The notes: generated from the letters alone by a model not told the origin. A DNA stretch of 64,000 nt from Macrostomum lignano (GCA_002269645.1 NIVC01000622.1:186001-250000), one strand, 5' to 3'. Positions 49,633-61,389 are shown, counted from the stretch's first letter. Made by a program: numbers and translations.

Positions 49633-50061
49633 GAATTCAACGACGCCTACAACCTGGGCACCCGGCCGCGCAAAGAGGCCGACGCCGCCTTTGTAATCGA
49701 GAACTGCTTAGGCGAGCCGCTCATGGTGTGCCTCTCAGACCAGCTGACCAACAAGATGCGCGGCACCAACACGAACAGCGGCGGCGATCCGAGCAGCTCA
49801 TCTGTCAAACATCCGGACAGCGAAGTTCACCTGTCGCCTGGCGACAAGCTCCGCTTAGATGAGCGCTCGCGCATGGTGGCGAGGAACTCCGTTCGAGAGC
49901 TGCAGGAGTACGAGGCCGATCCGGTCAGGATTGGCTACCGCCTGCCGCGGCTGTCCATGGCTCGTCAGGCTGTGTTCCACGGCACTGAGACTCGGGCCTT
50001 CACTGCGCCGCTGCCCAGCTACCCGGATCCGTCGGGCTGTCCCATCCTGTTGGTGTCGCAG
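49633..50061 (+). CDS. VPS13: VPS13 exon (EFNDAY...FVIENCLG...ILLVSQ)
   Basis: Acceptor ctcccag/, donor CAG/gtaaac; 143 codons. Confidence 0.88.
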
Positions 50062-50504
50062 GTAAACATTCGTTTGGGTAGTGAGTGCGTGCTCAGGTAT
50101 CACCATCCAATGATGACTCTGGTGACTCTTGACTGTTTAACGACTCAGAAGACTCCAACTCAGGTGGTAGAATCGTAAAAAAGTCGTCCCAGAGTCATTC
50201 GTGTTGTGTTAGCGCTCAACTTTCTACTAAAACTCAAGTAGACTAAATAGAGTTGCTACTACAAGTCCAAATTAATCACAGTTGAAAATCGGAGTTATAT
50301 CGGTGAAAGTCGGAGTAGTCGTTACGTTTTTTAAGAAAATCGACGAGTCGTCTACTTTTTCGGTCCGACAAAAACCGAAGAAAATCGTACAAAGATAAAT
50401 GTCGGTTCGATTTTCATACATTTTTACCTACTTTCGTCTGTCAAAAATCGAGCCGACGGCACCGACTTTCCAACAAGATGAAAATCGAATGTAAAACGAC
50501 AGAA

Positions 50505-50606
50505 TGTCTGTCTATCTGTCTATCTATCTATCTATATATATATCTATCTATCCATATATCCATCTATCAATCTATCTATCTATCTTATCTATCTATCTAT
50601 ACTGTA

Positions 50607-50677
<71 letters not shown>

Positions 50678-50797
50678 ATATCCATCTATCTATCTATATA
50701 TCTTATCTATCTAGCTATCTATCTATCTATCTATCTGTCTATCTGTTTATCTACCTATCTATCTACCTATCTATCTATCTATCTACCTATCTATCTA
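50505..50797. repeat. (TATC)n microsatellite
   Basis: Direct reading. Confidence 0.95.
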
Positions 50798-50946
50798 GGT
50801 TCCATTATCAGTGTACAACCTTCTTTCTTCGCAGTATGAATATTTTTGCTATCAAAACGTTATTCTTATCCACTCAGCAGCCATGAACTGAACTTATCAG
50901 CAGGCCTTGAACTAAAAAGCCATCATATCACCCCACACCCCATCAG

Positions 50947-51414
50947 GCCCGCTGCTACCTCGGCTCCAAAACTCTGCAAGTCCGATCCAATGTCAGCCTG
51001 AGAAACGAATCGGCCCTCCCAGTTTCTGTCAGCACCCGATCACCGGACGGCTCCGTAGCCTGGTCCTCGAGCTTGGACCCCGTGCTGCCCACCGAGGCCA
51101 ACCAGGCCAGCTCCAGCCATGTCTGCCACCTGCCGCTTAGCCAGGCAGCCGAGGCTCGCGGCCATCTGTACTTTAGTTGCTACGGCCAGCCGTCCCAGCC
51201 AGTGGCCTGGTACGTTGAGGCGACGCATTCTCTGACCTTCAGGCATCCGGAATATCCCGACTTGGTCACGGCCTTCAACGTGTCGGTCAGGGTGAAATAC
51301 GTCTATTTGGAATCGGAGCGAGACGCCAAGACTGCTAGCGATTATTTGCTGACTATCGTGCCGAGCTACACCATTGTTAACCAGCTGCCTATCAATGTGC
51401 ACTGTCAGGTGCCC
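50947..51414 (+). CDS. VPS13: VPS13 exon, start of VAB repeats (ARCYLGSKTLQVRSNVSLRN...IVNQLPINVHCQVP)
   Basis: Acceptor catcag/, donor CCC/gtgagt (in-frame alternative donor CAG/gtgccc after 51408); 156 codons. Confidence 0.88.
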
Positions 51415-51499
51415 GTGAGTAATGCATCCTCTGCTTTCACTTTGTCTCTTTCTGAGGTTTGGGTCACTACCTCATCCCTTTGTCCTTAGTTTTTTAGAT

Positions 51500-51740
51500 G
51501 AATCATGACCTCTTTGACCTGCTTGTTTAGGGTCATGACCTCTGTGTCTTCTTGTTTAGGGCCATGACCTCTTTGACCTGCTTGTTTAGGGACGTGACCT
51601 CTGTGTCTTTTTGTTTAGGGCCATGACCTCTTTGACCTTCTTGTTTAGGGACGTGACCTCTGTGTCTTCTTGTTTAGGGCCATGACCTCTTTGACCTGCT
51701 TGTTTAGGGTAGTGACCTATTTGACCTTCTTGACCTCATT
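51500..51740. repeat. About 30-bp minisatellite TTGTTTAGGGCCATGACCTCTTTGACCTGC
   Basis: About 8 copies. Confidence 0.88.
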
Positions 51741-51950
51741 TTAATACACTCATATTCCAAGTTGGGATCATGAGCCCATAGTCATATTTAGGGTTGAGGT
51801 CATGACCCGATACGCATATTCAAGGTTGGGGTCATAACCTCGATAGCATTGGTACATTGGGTGCATTCTTTCCATTACCATGTTGGTCATTGGGCAACCT
51901 GGTCACGACCTTACTGGTTCATTTCTCGTCAATCACGCTATCATTTCCAG

Positions 51951-52040
51951 GGCAACGACGAGGTGAAACTAATCGAGCGAGGCGACTCATTTGATCTCTA
52001 CCACGTGCCTGCCAGCAACACGCCCACCGTCAATTTGCTA
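51951..52040 (+). CDS. VPS13: VPS13 exon (GNDEVKLIERG...VNLL)
   Basis: Acceptor tttccag/, donor CTA/gtgagt; 30 codons. Confidence 0.88.
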
Positions 52041-52135
52041 GTGAGTAATATATTTGAGTAGTTTATCGCTTGTATTCTACGTGTAATTTTTAAGCCATTT
52101 ATGACAAGAATAATATTTCATTGTCTCAATTGCAG

Positions 52136-52264
52136 CTAAGCGACTACATGGAGCGAGACTGGCGTGGCGATTTGCACCTGGCTAAGACAGCTGACAGGCC
52201 CGAGGATCAGATCTACGGGATCACCTTTGACAGCTTCATGGGCGTCTATGATAAGCTCGAGATG
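52136..52264 (+). CDS. VPS13: VPS13 exon (LSDYMERDWRG...DKLEM)
   Basis: Acceptor ttgcag/, donor ATG/gttggt; 43 codons. Confidence 0.85.
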
Positions 52265-52319
52265 GTTGGTGCAGATTGGAAAATTAATTTCATTTGTTTG
52301 TTTTAATAGCACACTTGCA

Positions 52320-52672
52320 CAATGTACATTGGCTCTCGGCCTGCCCCCCTACCCATCCCAATGTGCACTCGCTCCCGGCCTGCCCCCGACCCACCCCAAT
52401 GTACACTCGCTCCCGGCCTGCCACCGACCCACCCCAATGTACACTCGCTCCCGGCCTGCCCCCTAACCACCCCAATGTACACTCGCTTCCGGCCTGCCCC
52501 GACCCACCCCAATGTACAGTCTCTCCCGGCCTGCCCCCTAACCACCCCAATGTACACTCGCTCCCGGCCTGCCCCAGACCCACCTCAATGTGCACTCGCT
52601 CCCGGCCTGCCCCAGACCCACCCCAATATACACTCGCTCCCGGCCTGCCCCCCTCCCCACCCCAATGTACAC
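52320..52672. repeat. About 39-bp minisatellite CCCCAATGTACACTCGCTCCCGGCCTGCCCCCGACCCAC
   Basis: About 9 copies. Confidence 0.92.
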
Positions 52673-52706
52673 AGTTTATTAATGAAAGATATTCACCACA
52701 TTTTAG

Positions 52707-52808
52707 CTGCTGTCGATTCGCCTGCTAGATAAGCAGTCAACTAAAAATTTCACTTTGTTCAGCACCTACTGGCTTGTGAATAAAACTGGCAAGGAGCTGC
52801 ACTACAAG
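52707..52808 (+). CDS. VPS13: VPS13 exon (LLSIRL...FSTYWLVNKTGKELHYK)
   Basis: Acceptor ttttag/, donor AAG/gtcagt; YWLVNKTG VAB-repeat motif. Confidence 0.9.
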
Positions 52809-52819
52809 GTCAGTTTTTT

Positions 52820-52895
52820 ATCATGTCTTTCTGTTTGACTGCCTGCCTGTCGATCTGTCTGTCTGTCGGTCTGTCTGTCTGACTGTCTGTCTGAC

Positions 52896-52952
<57 letters not shown>

Positions 52953-52965
52953 GACTGTCTGTCTT
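52820..52965. repeat. (TCTG)n microsatellite
   Basis: Direct reading. Confidence 0.93.
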
Positions 52966-53003
52966 TCCGTCCCCCCTTATACTTGCGCCTCTTCCCTCCA
53001 CAG

Positions 53004-53090
53004 ACTCCCGACAACCGGCTGTGGAGCCACCCGGCCAACTGCAATCTGACATTTATGAATCTCAGCGCCAATTTCAGTCACAAAGAGAAG
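53004..53090 (+). CDS. VPS13: VPS13 exon (TPDNRLWSHP...FSHKEK)
   Basis: Acceptor ccacag/, donor AAG/gtgagc; 29 codons. Confidence 0.88.
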
Positions 53091-53486
53091 GTGAGCGATA
53101 GTGACTGTTTTTCTGAAATGCTCAACAATGGTTTTATTTCAAGATAACTGCATTTAAAAGTGCTAAATAAATGTTTCATAATAAGCATAATTATTTGAGT
53201 CTATATGGGTATTGGAGTATCTGTACGGCTCTCTCTGTGTGTGTGCGTGTTTATTTCAATTGCTTATAATTATTAGAAACTTTTAGAAAATTTAGAATCC
53301 CCGTTTTACTACGTACCATACTACTGCTGTGTCTATATGCGGTTTTCCATAATCTAATTTATTGTTCGAGTTTCAAAGTTGCTTATTTTCGTTTGATTTC
53401 CATCCAAGCCTGCCCCTGCCAGAATTTTTATAGCTGCTATATTTGTTACTAATCTGTGCTTTAATTATCGCATATAATTTTGTAAG

Positions 53487-53600
53487 AAGCGACCGCTGAA
53501 GGCGGCTGAGAGCGATGAGCAGTTGCCGGTGTCCGACTCACCGGATGAACCTGACGCAGGCGCCGCGGCAGTCACGGCTAAGCCTAAGAAACGGGCAAAG
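53487..53600 (+). CDS. VPS13: Candidate cassette exon of VPS13 (KRPLKAAESDEQLP...KPKKRAK)
   Basis: GC-rich island in AT-rich intron; acceptor tgtaag/, donor AAG/gtatct; 114 nt, phase 0-0, open. Confidence 0.55.
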
Positions 53601-55798
53601 GTATCTTCCAGCCGGTACTTCTGTGTTCCTAATTTCTCTCATTTCCTCCTGTCTACTCATGAGTAGTAGCATAGGGATTTATCCACAGTATTGTCCGAAT
53701 ATATTATCATCTATCATTTTATCTGGACAAGGCATGAGTACACTTATTTTACTCCATCCAGAGTTCTGGTACTCACAATGTAATAAACTAAGTTTAATCC
53801 TTATTGTTGTTTTTATATTAGAAATTAATCGTGTTGTCAAACCTTATTTATTATACTCCAGTTTTTTTCTGAAACATTACGAGTTAAAGGTGCTTTTCAG
53901 TTACTTATAGTAGCAATGGAAGCAAATCAGTCTACATTTTTGAATCAATCGGTTTTTTTTCAAATCGCAATTTTAGAGAACTCGAATTACCCGTGTATGC
54001 AGCTGAGCTTTAAAATTTCTTATTTTATTGTTTACCAGGGAGTTTCTCTCTATTTTCATAGTTTATTCATTTACATTTTGGAGTTAAATATTGCATGCTA
54101 AATACGTGTGAGCCGTTCAGTGTTATGCAACAAGAAACCAACATGAGTAGTAAGAAAAATCTAATTCCAGAAAAAATCGCTGCTTAACAATAAATATTTA
54201 ACAATTTCTGACTGGATTTTTGTGTTTTAGCCATTACTCAAGCCTGCTATGACTTATAGTAGCTTATATGTGCATAATTACGTTTTTTTGCAAAAACAGC
54301 TAAAACCTTGCTACACTATGTTGTTTGATATGGTTTATCACTTATAATTTTATTCTATTGTTGTGGCAAATAATAAAATATCTCACTAACTACACAGTTA
54401 TGTGTGCGCTAACACTTTCACTGAGAAGCTTTTCTCTGAGTAAAGCAAGTGTACAAATGCCAGAGTTCAGTCTTTAAGTTGTTCGGCGATATGTATCGAA
54501 AGTAAATCTTTCTGAATCAAAGTCAAAAAAATGATTTATTTTTTAAACTAAAATTAATACAAAAGAGCAATCGTTTGCTCTTTTGTACATCTCCAGGAAG
54601 CAAAAAACTATTGCTTTAGTTGAAATTTGTTAAAGCCGATATGTATCGAAAGTAAACTTTACAAGTTAGAAAATATAAAAATCTATATTTTTAGACATTT
54701 AGATATAAAATTGCTATTGGACTCTGTTCGCTTCACTAATATTAGTTGTTTGTGTTGTAGCTTTATTTCTTGTTTAGATAGATATATTAAATATTTATGT
54801 TTTGCTTCTCCTAGCCTAACAAGCACATTTTCCTTTGTCTTTATTCTATATTGTGTTCCAATTAGAATTGAGCCAAACAGCACACAATTTTGAAGCCATA
54901 CGCGAAAAATTCTCGCGCGATGCTTTTAGACGTCTTGGTTTCGCTCGTGCGTTGGCTGCTCGTCTTGCGCCTGCGCCGGCGGGCGTCGACACGGGCGAAA
55001 GCGTCGGCGGTTTGGATCGGCAGGTTCCCTTGGAGACAACGGGCAGCCAATGCATTTAACGGATTTAAAGGTGTTGATTTTATCGCATTATGGCAGTGAC
55101 TTTTAGCCGGCTCTGTCGTGAATCTTGAAATTGCGATTTCGCATTTCTTCTACCAATCTCCCTCTTGTTTCCTCGCTTTTGTTAGGCCTTTTAAATATTT
55201 ATGTTGCAGACTAAATTTATCTAAATTAGCTTAGGAATATTTCAATTTAACATTTAACGTTTATTCTATTAATATAATACTAATGATACTACTAACGCTA
55301 TTTTTTAACCAAAACTGTGTCAAGTTTACCTCACTACTAATCAATACCGCATTGCGTACTACTTCTTTTAAGTAGTATGAGGAGCAACTTAGGAAGAAAT
55401 TAAGCAGCGAATTTTAATCAGAAGGATATATTAGCAAAAATATCGCTTTAACAAGCACGTGATTTGGTGAGAGTGAAGCTAAAAAATACGCTTTTATACT
55501 AATTTTTGCAAACAGAACAATTTGCATCTATACTACTTATTTGCATACTACTGAACGGCTTTCGCTCTGTGTGCGTTTTAATGCGTGTATTTTTTTAAAA
55601 AAAACAAGTAAAAACGACAGCTTTTTCCTTGGTAGATGATTTTCTTTCCTAAACAATTTTTTTTATTCTAGTATTTTCAGGTCAAAGGTTTGAAGCTTCA
55701 TTTATTAGTTTTACATACATTCATTTGCATGACTCTGTGTCTGATTGGTTTGATTTGGCATAGTTATGCAATACCAAAGGCTTGGCTACATTTTCCAG

Positions 55799-55903
55799 AT
55801 CAGCCTCAAAGTGGAGGAGTCAGCTTGGTCGTCAAAGTTTCCACTGGACACAGTTGGCCATGCTGGCACCGTGAAGTGCAAAGCGGACTCACTGAGCTAT
55901 CAG
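55799..55903 (+). CDS. VPS13: VPS13 exon (ISLKVEESAWSSKFPLDTVG...SYQ)
   Basis: Acceptor tttccag/, donor CAG/gttggc; WS..F.LDTVG motif. Confidence 0.92.
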
Positions 55904-56001
55904 GTTGGCCGATTTTTATTACACAACATTTTTAATGTTATATTCGACTTCTTAGACGTATCTGGTCACAATATGTTTTTTACCATCTAATATTTGTCTA
56001 G

Positions 56002-56088
56002 GTCGGAGTCAACATATCGGTGGGTAGCAACGGCGTCACTAAGATTGTCACCTTCATACCGTTCTTCTCCATTGTGAACAAGTCGCCT
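56002..56088 (+). CDS. VPS13: VPS13 exon (VGVNIS...TKIVTFIPFFSIVNKSP)
   Basis: Acceptor gtctag/, donor CCT/gtgagt; TKIVTF.P motif. Confidence 0.92.
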
Positions 56089-56169
56089 GTGAGTTGAGTT
56101 CAAAGTACATTGTGTTTTTAATATGGCCTAGTTAAGTTTGTACCTGGGAAAATACAGTAGTAGTTGAGG

Positions 56170-56750
56170 CATTCAATTACCCACCCACCTCCCAGGCCAT
56201 AGACACTCACCCCAATTCTCCTGGTCTCCTGGCCATAGACACTCGCCCTAATTCTCCTCGCCAGACACCCACCCCTGGCCATAGACACTCAGCCCATAGA
56301 CTACCACCCCCTGGCCATAGACATCCAGCCCATAGACTACCACACCCTGGCCATAGACACCCAGCCCATAGACTACCACTCCCTGGCCATAGACACCCAG
56401 CCCATAGACTACCACTCCCTGGCCATAGACACCCAGCCCATAGACTACCACTCCCTGGCCATAGACACCCAGCCCATAGACTACCACCCCCTGGCCATAG
56501 ACACCCAGCCCATAGACTACCACCCCTGGCCATAGACACCCAGCCCATAGACTACCACACCCTGGCCATAGACACCCAGCCCATAGACTACCACACCCTG
56601 GCCATAGACACCCAGCCCATAGACTACCACCCCTGGCCATAGACACCCAGCCATAGACTACCACCCCTGGCCATAGATACCCAGTCCATAGACTACCACC
56701 ATCTGGCCATAGATACCCAGCCCATAGACAACCATCCCGCTGGCCATAAG
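56170..56750. repeat. 35-bp minisatellite CCCTGGCCATAGACACCCAGCCCATAGACTACCAC
   Basis: About 14 copies. Confidence 0.93.
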
Positions 56751-56789
56751 CACTACAATTCAGTCACGCTTTCATTTCCAATTCTGCAG

Positions 56790-56954
56790 CTTCGCCTAGA
56801 AATCAGCGAATGCGCTCCACCAGTGAAGGGCAGCTCAGCCAGCCTGCAGAACATCGCCAGTCTGGCCAACAAAGGCTACGTTCAAGTGCCCTGCTGGGAC
56901 GCTACCCCGTTCTGGCCAGTGTGCGATATCGAGAAGAAAAAGATGACTATGCAG
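56790..56954 (+). CDS. VPS13: VPS13 exon (LRLEISE...PFWPVCDIEKKKMTMQ)
   Basis: Acceptor tctgcag/, donor CAG/gtgagt; 55 codons, phase 0-0. Confidence 0.88.
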
Positions 56955-57049
56955 GTGAGTATCACGTCTACATACCTATTGGGCGTATGCCTGTTTAAGC
57001 AGGCTAAAATGGGGTGTCTCTTCTAGAGTTGTATCATTTCGAATGAATT

Positions 57050-59205
57050 AGGGCCCGTGTCTATGGCCAGGGGAGGTTTATGAGTAGAATGTGTCTATCG
57101 GGGTGTGTGTCTATAGCCACAGGGAGTGGGTTGGCTGTCTACGGCCAGAAAGGTGGGGTGGTTGTCTATGGCCAGAGAGGTGGGGTGGTTGTCTATGGCC
57201 AGAGAGGTGGGGTGGTTGTCTATGGCCAGGGAGGTGGGGTGGTTGTCTATGGCCAGGGAGGTGGGGTGGTTGTCTATGGCCAGGGAGGTGGGGTGGTTGT
57301 CTATGGCCAGAGAGGTGGGGTGGTTGTCTATGGCCAGAGAGGTGGGGTGGTTGTCTATGGCCAGGGAGGTAGGTTGGGTGTCTATGGCCAGTGAGGTAGG
57401 TTTGGTTTCTATGGCCAGGGAGGTAGGTTTGGTGTCTATGGCCAGGGAGGTAGGTTGGGTGTCTATGGCCAGGGAGGTAGGTTGGGTGTCTATGGCCAGG
57501 GAGGTAGGTTTGGTGTCTATGGCCAGGGAGGTAGGTTGGGTGTCTATGGCCAGAAAGGTGTTTGGGTGTCTATGGCTAGGGAGGTAGGTTGGGTATCTAT
57601 GGTCAGGGAGGTAGGTTGGGTGTCTATGGCTAGGGAGGTAGGTTTGGTGTCTATGGCCAGGGAGGTAGGTTTGGTATCTATGGCCAGGGAGGTAGGTTTG
57701 GTGTCTATGGCCAGGGAGGTAGGTTGGGTGTCTATGGCCAGGGAGGTAGGTTGGGTGTCTATGGCCAGGGAGGTAGGTTTGGTGTCTATGGCCAGGGAGG
57801 TAGGTTGGGTGTCTATGGCCAGAAAGGTGTTTGGGTGTCTATGGCCAGGGAGGTAGGTTGGGTGTCTATGGCTAGGGAGGTAGGTTTGGTGTCTATGGCC
57901 AGGGAGGTAGGTTTGGTATCTATGGTCAGGGAGGTAGGTTGGGTGTCTATGGCCAATGAGGTAGGTTGGGTGTCTATGGCCAGGGGGGTAGGTTTGGTGT
58001 CTATGGCCAGGGAGGTAGGTTTGGTATCTATGGCCAGGGAGGTAGGTTTGGTGTCTATGGCCAGGGAGGTAGGTTGGGTGTCTATGGCCAGGGAGGTAGG
58101 TTGGGTGTCTATGGCCAGGGAGGTAGGTTTGGTGTCTATGGCCAGGGAGGTAGGTTGGGTGTCTATGGCCAGAAAGGTGTTTGGGTGTCTATGGCCAGGG
58201 AGGTAGGTTGGGTGTCTATGGCTAGGGAGGTAGGTTTGGTGTCTATGGCCAGGGAGGTAGGTTTGGTATCTATGGTCAGGGAGGTAGGTTGGGTGTCTAT
58301 GGCCAATGAGGTAGGTTGGGTGTCTATGGCCAGGGGGTAGGTTTGGTGTCTATGGCCAGGGAGGTAGGTTGGGTGTCTATGGCCAGAAAGGTGTTTGGGT
58401 GTCTATGGCCAGGGAGGTAGGTTGGGTGTCTATGGCTAGGGAGGTAGGTTTGGTGTCTATGGCCAGGGAGGTAGGTTTGGTATCTATGGTCAGGGAGGTA
58501 GGTTGGGTGTCTATGGCCAATGAGGTAGGTTGGGTGTCTATGGCCAGGGGGTAGGTTTGGTGTCTATGGCCAGGGAGGTAGGTTGGGTGTCTATGGCCAG
58601 AAAGGTGTTTGGGTGTCTATGGCTAGGGAGGTAGGTTGGGTATCTATGGTCAGGGAGGTAGGTTGGGTGTCTATGGCTAGGGAGGTAGGTTTGGTGTCTA
58701 TGGCCAGGGAGGTAGGTTTGGTATCTATGGCCAGGGAGGTAGGTTTGGTGTCTATGGCCAGGGAGGTAGGTTGGGTGTCTATGGCCAGGGAGGTAGGTTT
58801 GGTGTCTATGGCCAGGGAGGTAGGTTGGGTGTCTATGGCCAGAAAGGTGTTTGGGTGTCTATGGCCAGGGAGGTAGGTTGGGTGTCTATGGCTAGGGAGG
58901 TAGGTTGGGTGTCTATGGCCAGGGAGGTAGGTTTGGTATCTATGGTCAGGGAGGTAGGTTGGGTGTCTATGGCCAATGAGGTAGGTTGGGTGTCTATGGC
59001 CAGGGGGGTAGGTTTGGTGTCTATGGCCAGGGAGGTAGGTTGGGTGTCTATGGCCAGAGAGGTAGGTTTGGTGTCTTGTCTATGGCCAGGATATTGGTTT
59101 GAGTGTCTATGGCCGGGGGCATTGGGGTGAGTGTCTGGCCAGGGCCATTGAGGTGAGTGTCTATGGCCCGGGGGCATTGAGGTGAGTGTCCATGGCCAGG
59201 GGAGT
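57050..59205. repeat. 27-bp minisatellite GGGTGTCTATGGCCAGGGAGGTAGGTT
   Basis: About 75 copies estimated from length. Confidence 0.96.
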
Positions 59206-59256
59206 TGTTTGTGCCATCATTCACGCAAACTGTTTTAATCCAAATCTTCTGCGCAG

Positions 59257-59592
59257 ATTCGAGTAGACGAAGTCGAGGTGACGGAGCCGTTCCCCATCAC
59301 CGACTCGTGCTCATCCATGCTGCGTCTGACTGGCGAAGCCGCCAAATACGGCGGCGTACTGGCCGAGGTTGCCTTCGCTCAGGAGGCCTGCGTGGTCACC
59401 CTGCAGCAGTACCAGCCCGGGTTTGCGCCTCTGCACCTGGTCAACGCCTTGCCGGCTGATAAATTCCCATGCGTTGAGCTGCGACAGGTTGGAGTGGAAA
59501 ATTCCACGCTGCGTCTGAACTCTGGCAGCTGCGTGCTGTACAGTTGGCCCGACCCCAAGCAGGACAGAGTGCTGGAGTGGTCGTGCGGCCAG
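59257..59592 (+). CDS. VPS13: VPS13 exon (IRVDEVEVTEPF...YSWPDP...WSCGQ)
   Basis: Acceptor gcgcag/, donor CAG/gtgagc; 112 codons. Confidence 0.92.
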
Positions 59593-59604
59593 GTGAGCGC
59601 TGTA

Positions 59605-60212
59605 CAATGCCTTATGTACACTCCCTGATGTACATTTTTAAATGGACATTCATCATCAATTTACACTGGTGAATGTACACTCTCCAGTGTACAATTACTG
59701 ATGTACACTCCCCAATGTACACTCCTCGATTTACACTTCTTAATGCACATGCCTCAGTGTACACTTCTTGATGTACGCTCCCCAATGTACACTACCTAAT
59801 GTAAACTCCCTAATGTACCCTCCCCAATGTACACTTCAATGTACACTCCACAATGTACACTCCCTAATGTACACTCTACAATGTACACTCTACAATGTAC
59901 ACTCCACAATGTACACTCCCCAATGTACACTCTACAATGCACGCTCCCCAATGTACACTCCCCAATGTACACTCCTCGATTTACACTTCTTAATGCACAT
60001 GCCTCAGTGTACACTTCTTGATGTACGCTCCCCAATGTACACTACCTAATGTAAACTCCCTAATGTACCCTCCCCAATGTACACTTCAATGTACACTCCA
60101 CAATGTACACTCCCTAATGTACACTCTACAATGTACACTCCACAATGTACACTCCCCAATGTACACTCTACAATGCACGCTCCCCAATGTACACTCCCCA
60201 ATGTACACTCCC
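59605..60212. repeat. 14-bp minisatellite CCCCAATGTACACT
   Basis: Tandem copies with a 250-bp higher-order duplication. Confidence 0.93.
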
Positions 60213-60217
60213 TGCAG

Positions 60218-60607
60218 TTCCGCGCCACCTGCCGCACGGTGGACAGCTACGAGAAGGGCAGCCCGACCGGTGCGAAAGCCGAGGACAGCCAGCCAGACGC
60301 CCTGGTGTACGCCGTCTGCTTTCTCAGCGGCTGCCAGCGAGTGCTACTGTTCTCAAACGATGTCAATCTGTCCTGCTCAGCTCGCCTGGCCACCCTGTTC
60401 GAGCGCATCGACTACGAGTTCAAGGTGTCGCTAATGAGCATCGGTCTCTCTCTGGTTGACAACAAACAGTCTCGCGAGGTGGCCTACATCTCGCTGCGCT
60501 CTCCCGGAGTGCAGTGGTACGAAACTCGCAAGTCCGGACTGCTCAAACCGATGAAGAAGGGACTGTCGGATTCGCTGGAAATTATTCATAATCGATATAT
60601 GCAACAG
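60218..60607 (+). CDS. VPS13: VPS13 exon incl. WWE-like segment (GCQRVLLF...IGLSLVDN...VQWYE...HNRYMQQ)
   Basis: Acceptor cctgcag/, donor CAG/gttagt; 130 codons. Confidence 0.92.
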
Positions 60608-60972
60608 GTTAGTAATAGATCTACGAGTCACGATATGTTGTGTAGTAGATGTTTCTAAGCAACATTTAATTATGACATCATCGATGCTTTATATCAATGA
60701 AAATATAGTTAACGAATTTTAATTTAAGATCCCTCATAGTACGTTGACTGTTTGACTTCGTAGGCATTGGCATAGGTATAGAGATTGATCCAATACAATA
60801 GTTGCCGATATGTTTTGTAGGTAATGTTTTGAAGCAGTAAACTCGAGTGTAATATCGGGTTTATTTTTATTGCTTTAAAACATTGACTACGAAACATATC
60901 GGTAGTTTGGTTCTAAATCAACATTCTTAAAGTGTTAGCAGTTAACAGGGAGTTTTGGAGAATTAATTCGCC

Positions 60973-61027
60973 GGCTTCTCGCGGAATCGAACCCGAGTCC
61001 TCCGTCAATTAACCACTGAGCTACTCT
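60973..61027 (-). pseudogene. Truncated tRNA-like element (A and B boxes, no anticodon arm)
   Basis: Reverse strand AGAGTAGCTCAGTGGTTAATTGACGGAGGACTCGGGTTCGATTCCGCGAGAAGCC. Confidence 0.55.
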
Positions 61028-61137
61028 TTTGGCTAGCTTCTTAAATTCGACGATTATTTTCTTTGTAGGTCTACTAACAGTAAGTTAAAAGCAAGTAGCA
61101 GCAAAAATTATTTACACATGTCTATTCAATAAAACAG

Positions 61138-61389
61138 GTGGAATTGAAGAAAAATCCGCAGCCGCGCATACTGGAGCGAGCTAACGACACTGAGATTGAG
61201 ATCGACTTCAGCCAGCAGCCATTCCGCCTGCGCAAGCCCAAGGACTGCCACGTTGAGCGGCAGCTGGACCCGGCACTGCAGTTCAGCTTCAAGTCTTCGC
61301 CGCATAACATGACTCTGGCGGCCAAGCTGGCCAGGCTGCAAATTGACTCCATGCTGCCTGCCGGCATGTACCAGATCTTCTTCTACCAG
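61138..61389 (+). CDS. VPS13: VPS13 exon (VELKKNP...LQIDSMLP...FFYQ)
   Basis: Acceptor aaaacag/, donor CAG/gtgaga; 84 codons. Confidence 0.9.

Noticed and set aside
56207-59177. Gly/Val/Trp-rich periodic ORFs
   Set aside because: Translations of the 35-bp and 27-bp arrays
61069-61079. 11-nt microexon (tttgtag/GTCTACTAACA/gtaagt)
   Set aside because: Gives an immediate TAA; more simply the TACTAAC branch point of the downstream acceptor at 61137
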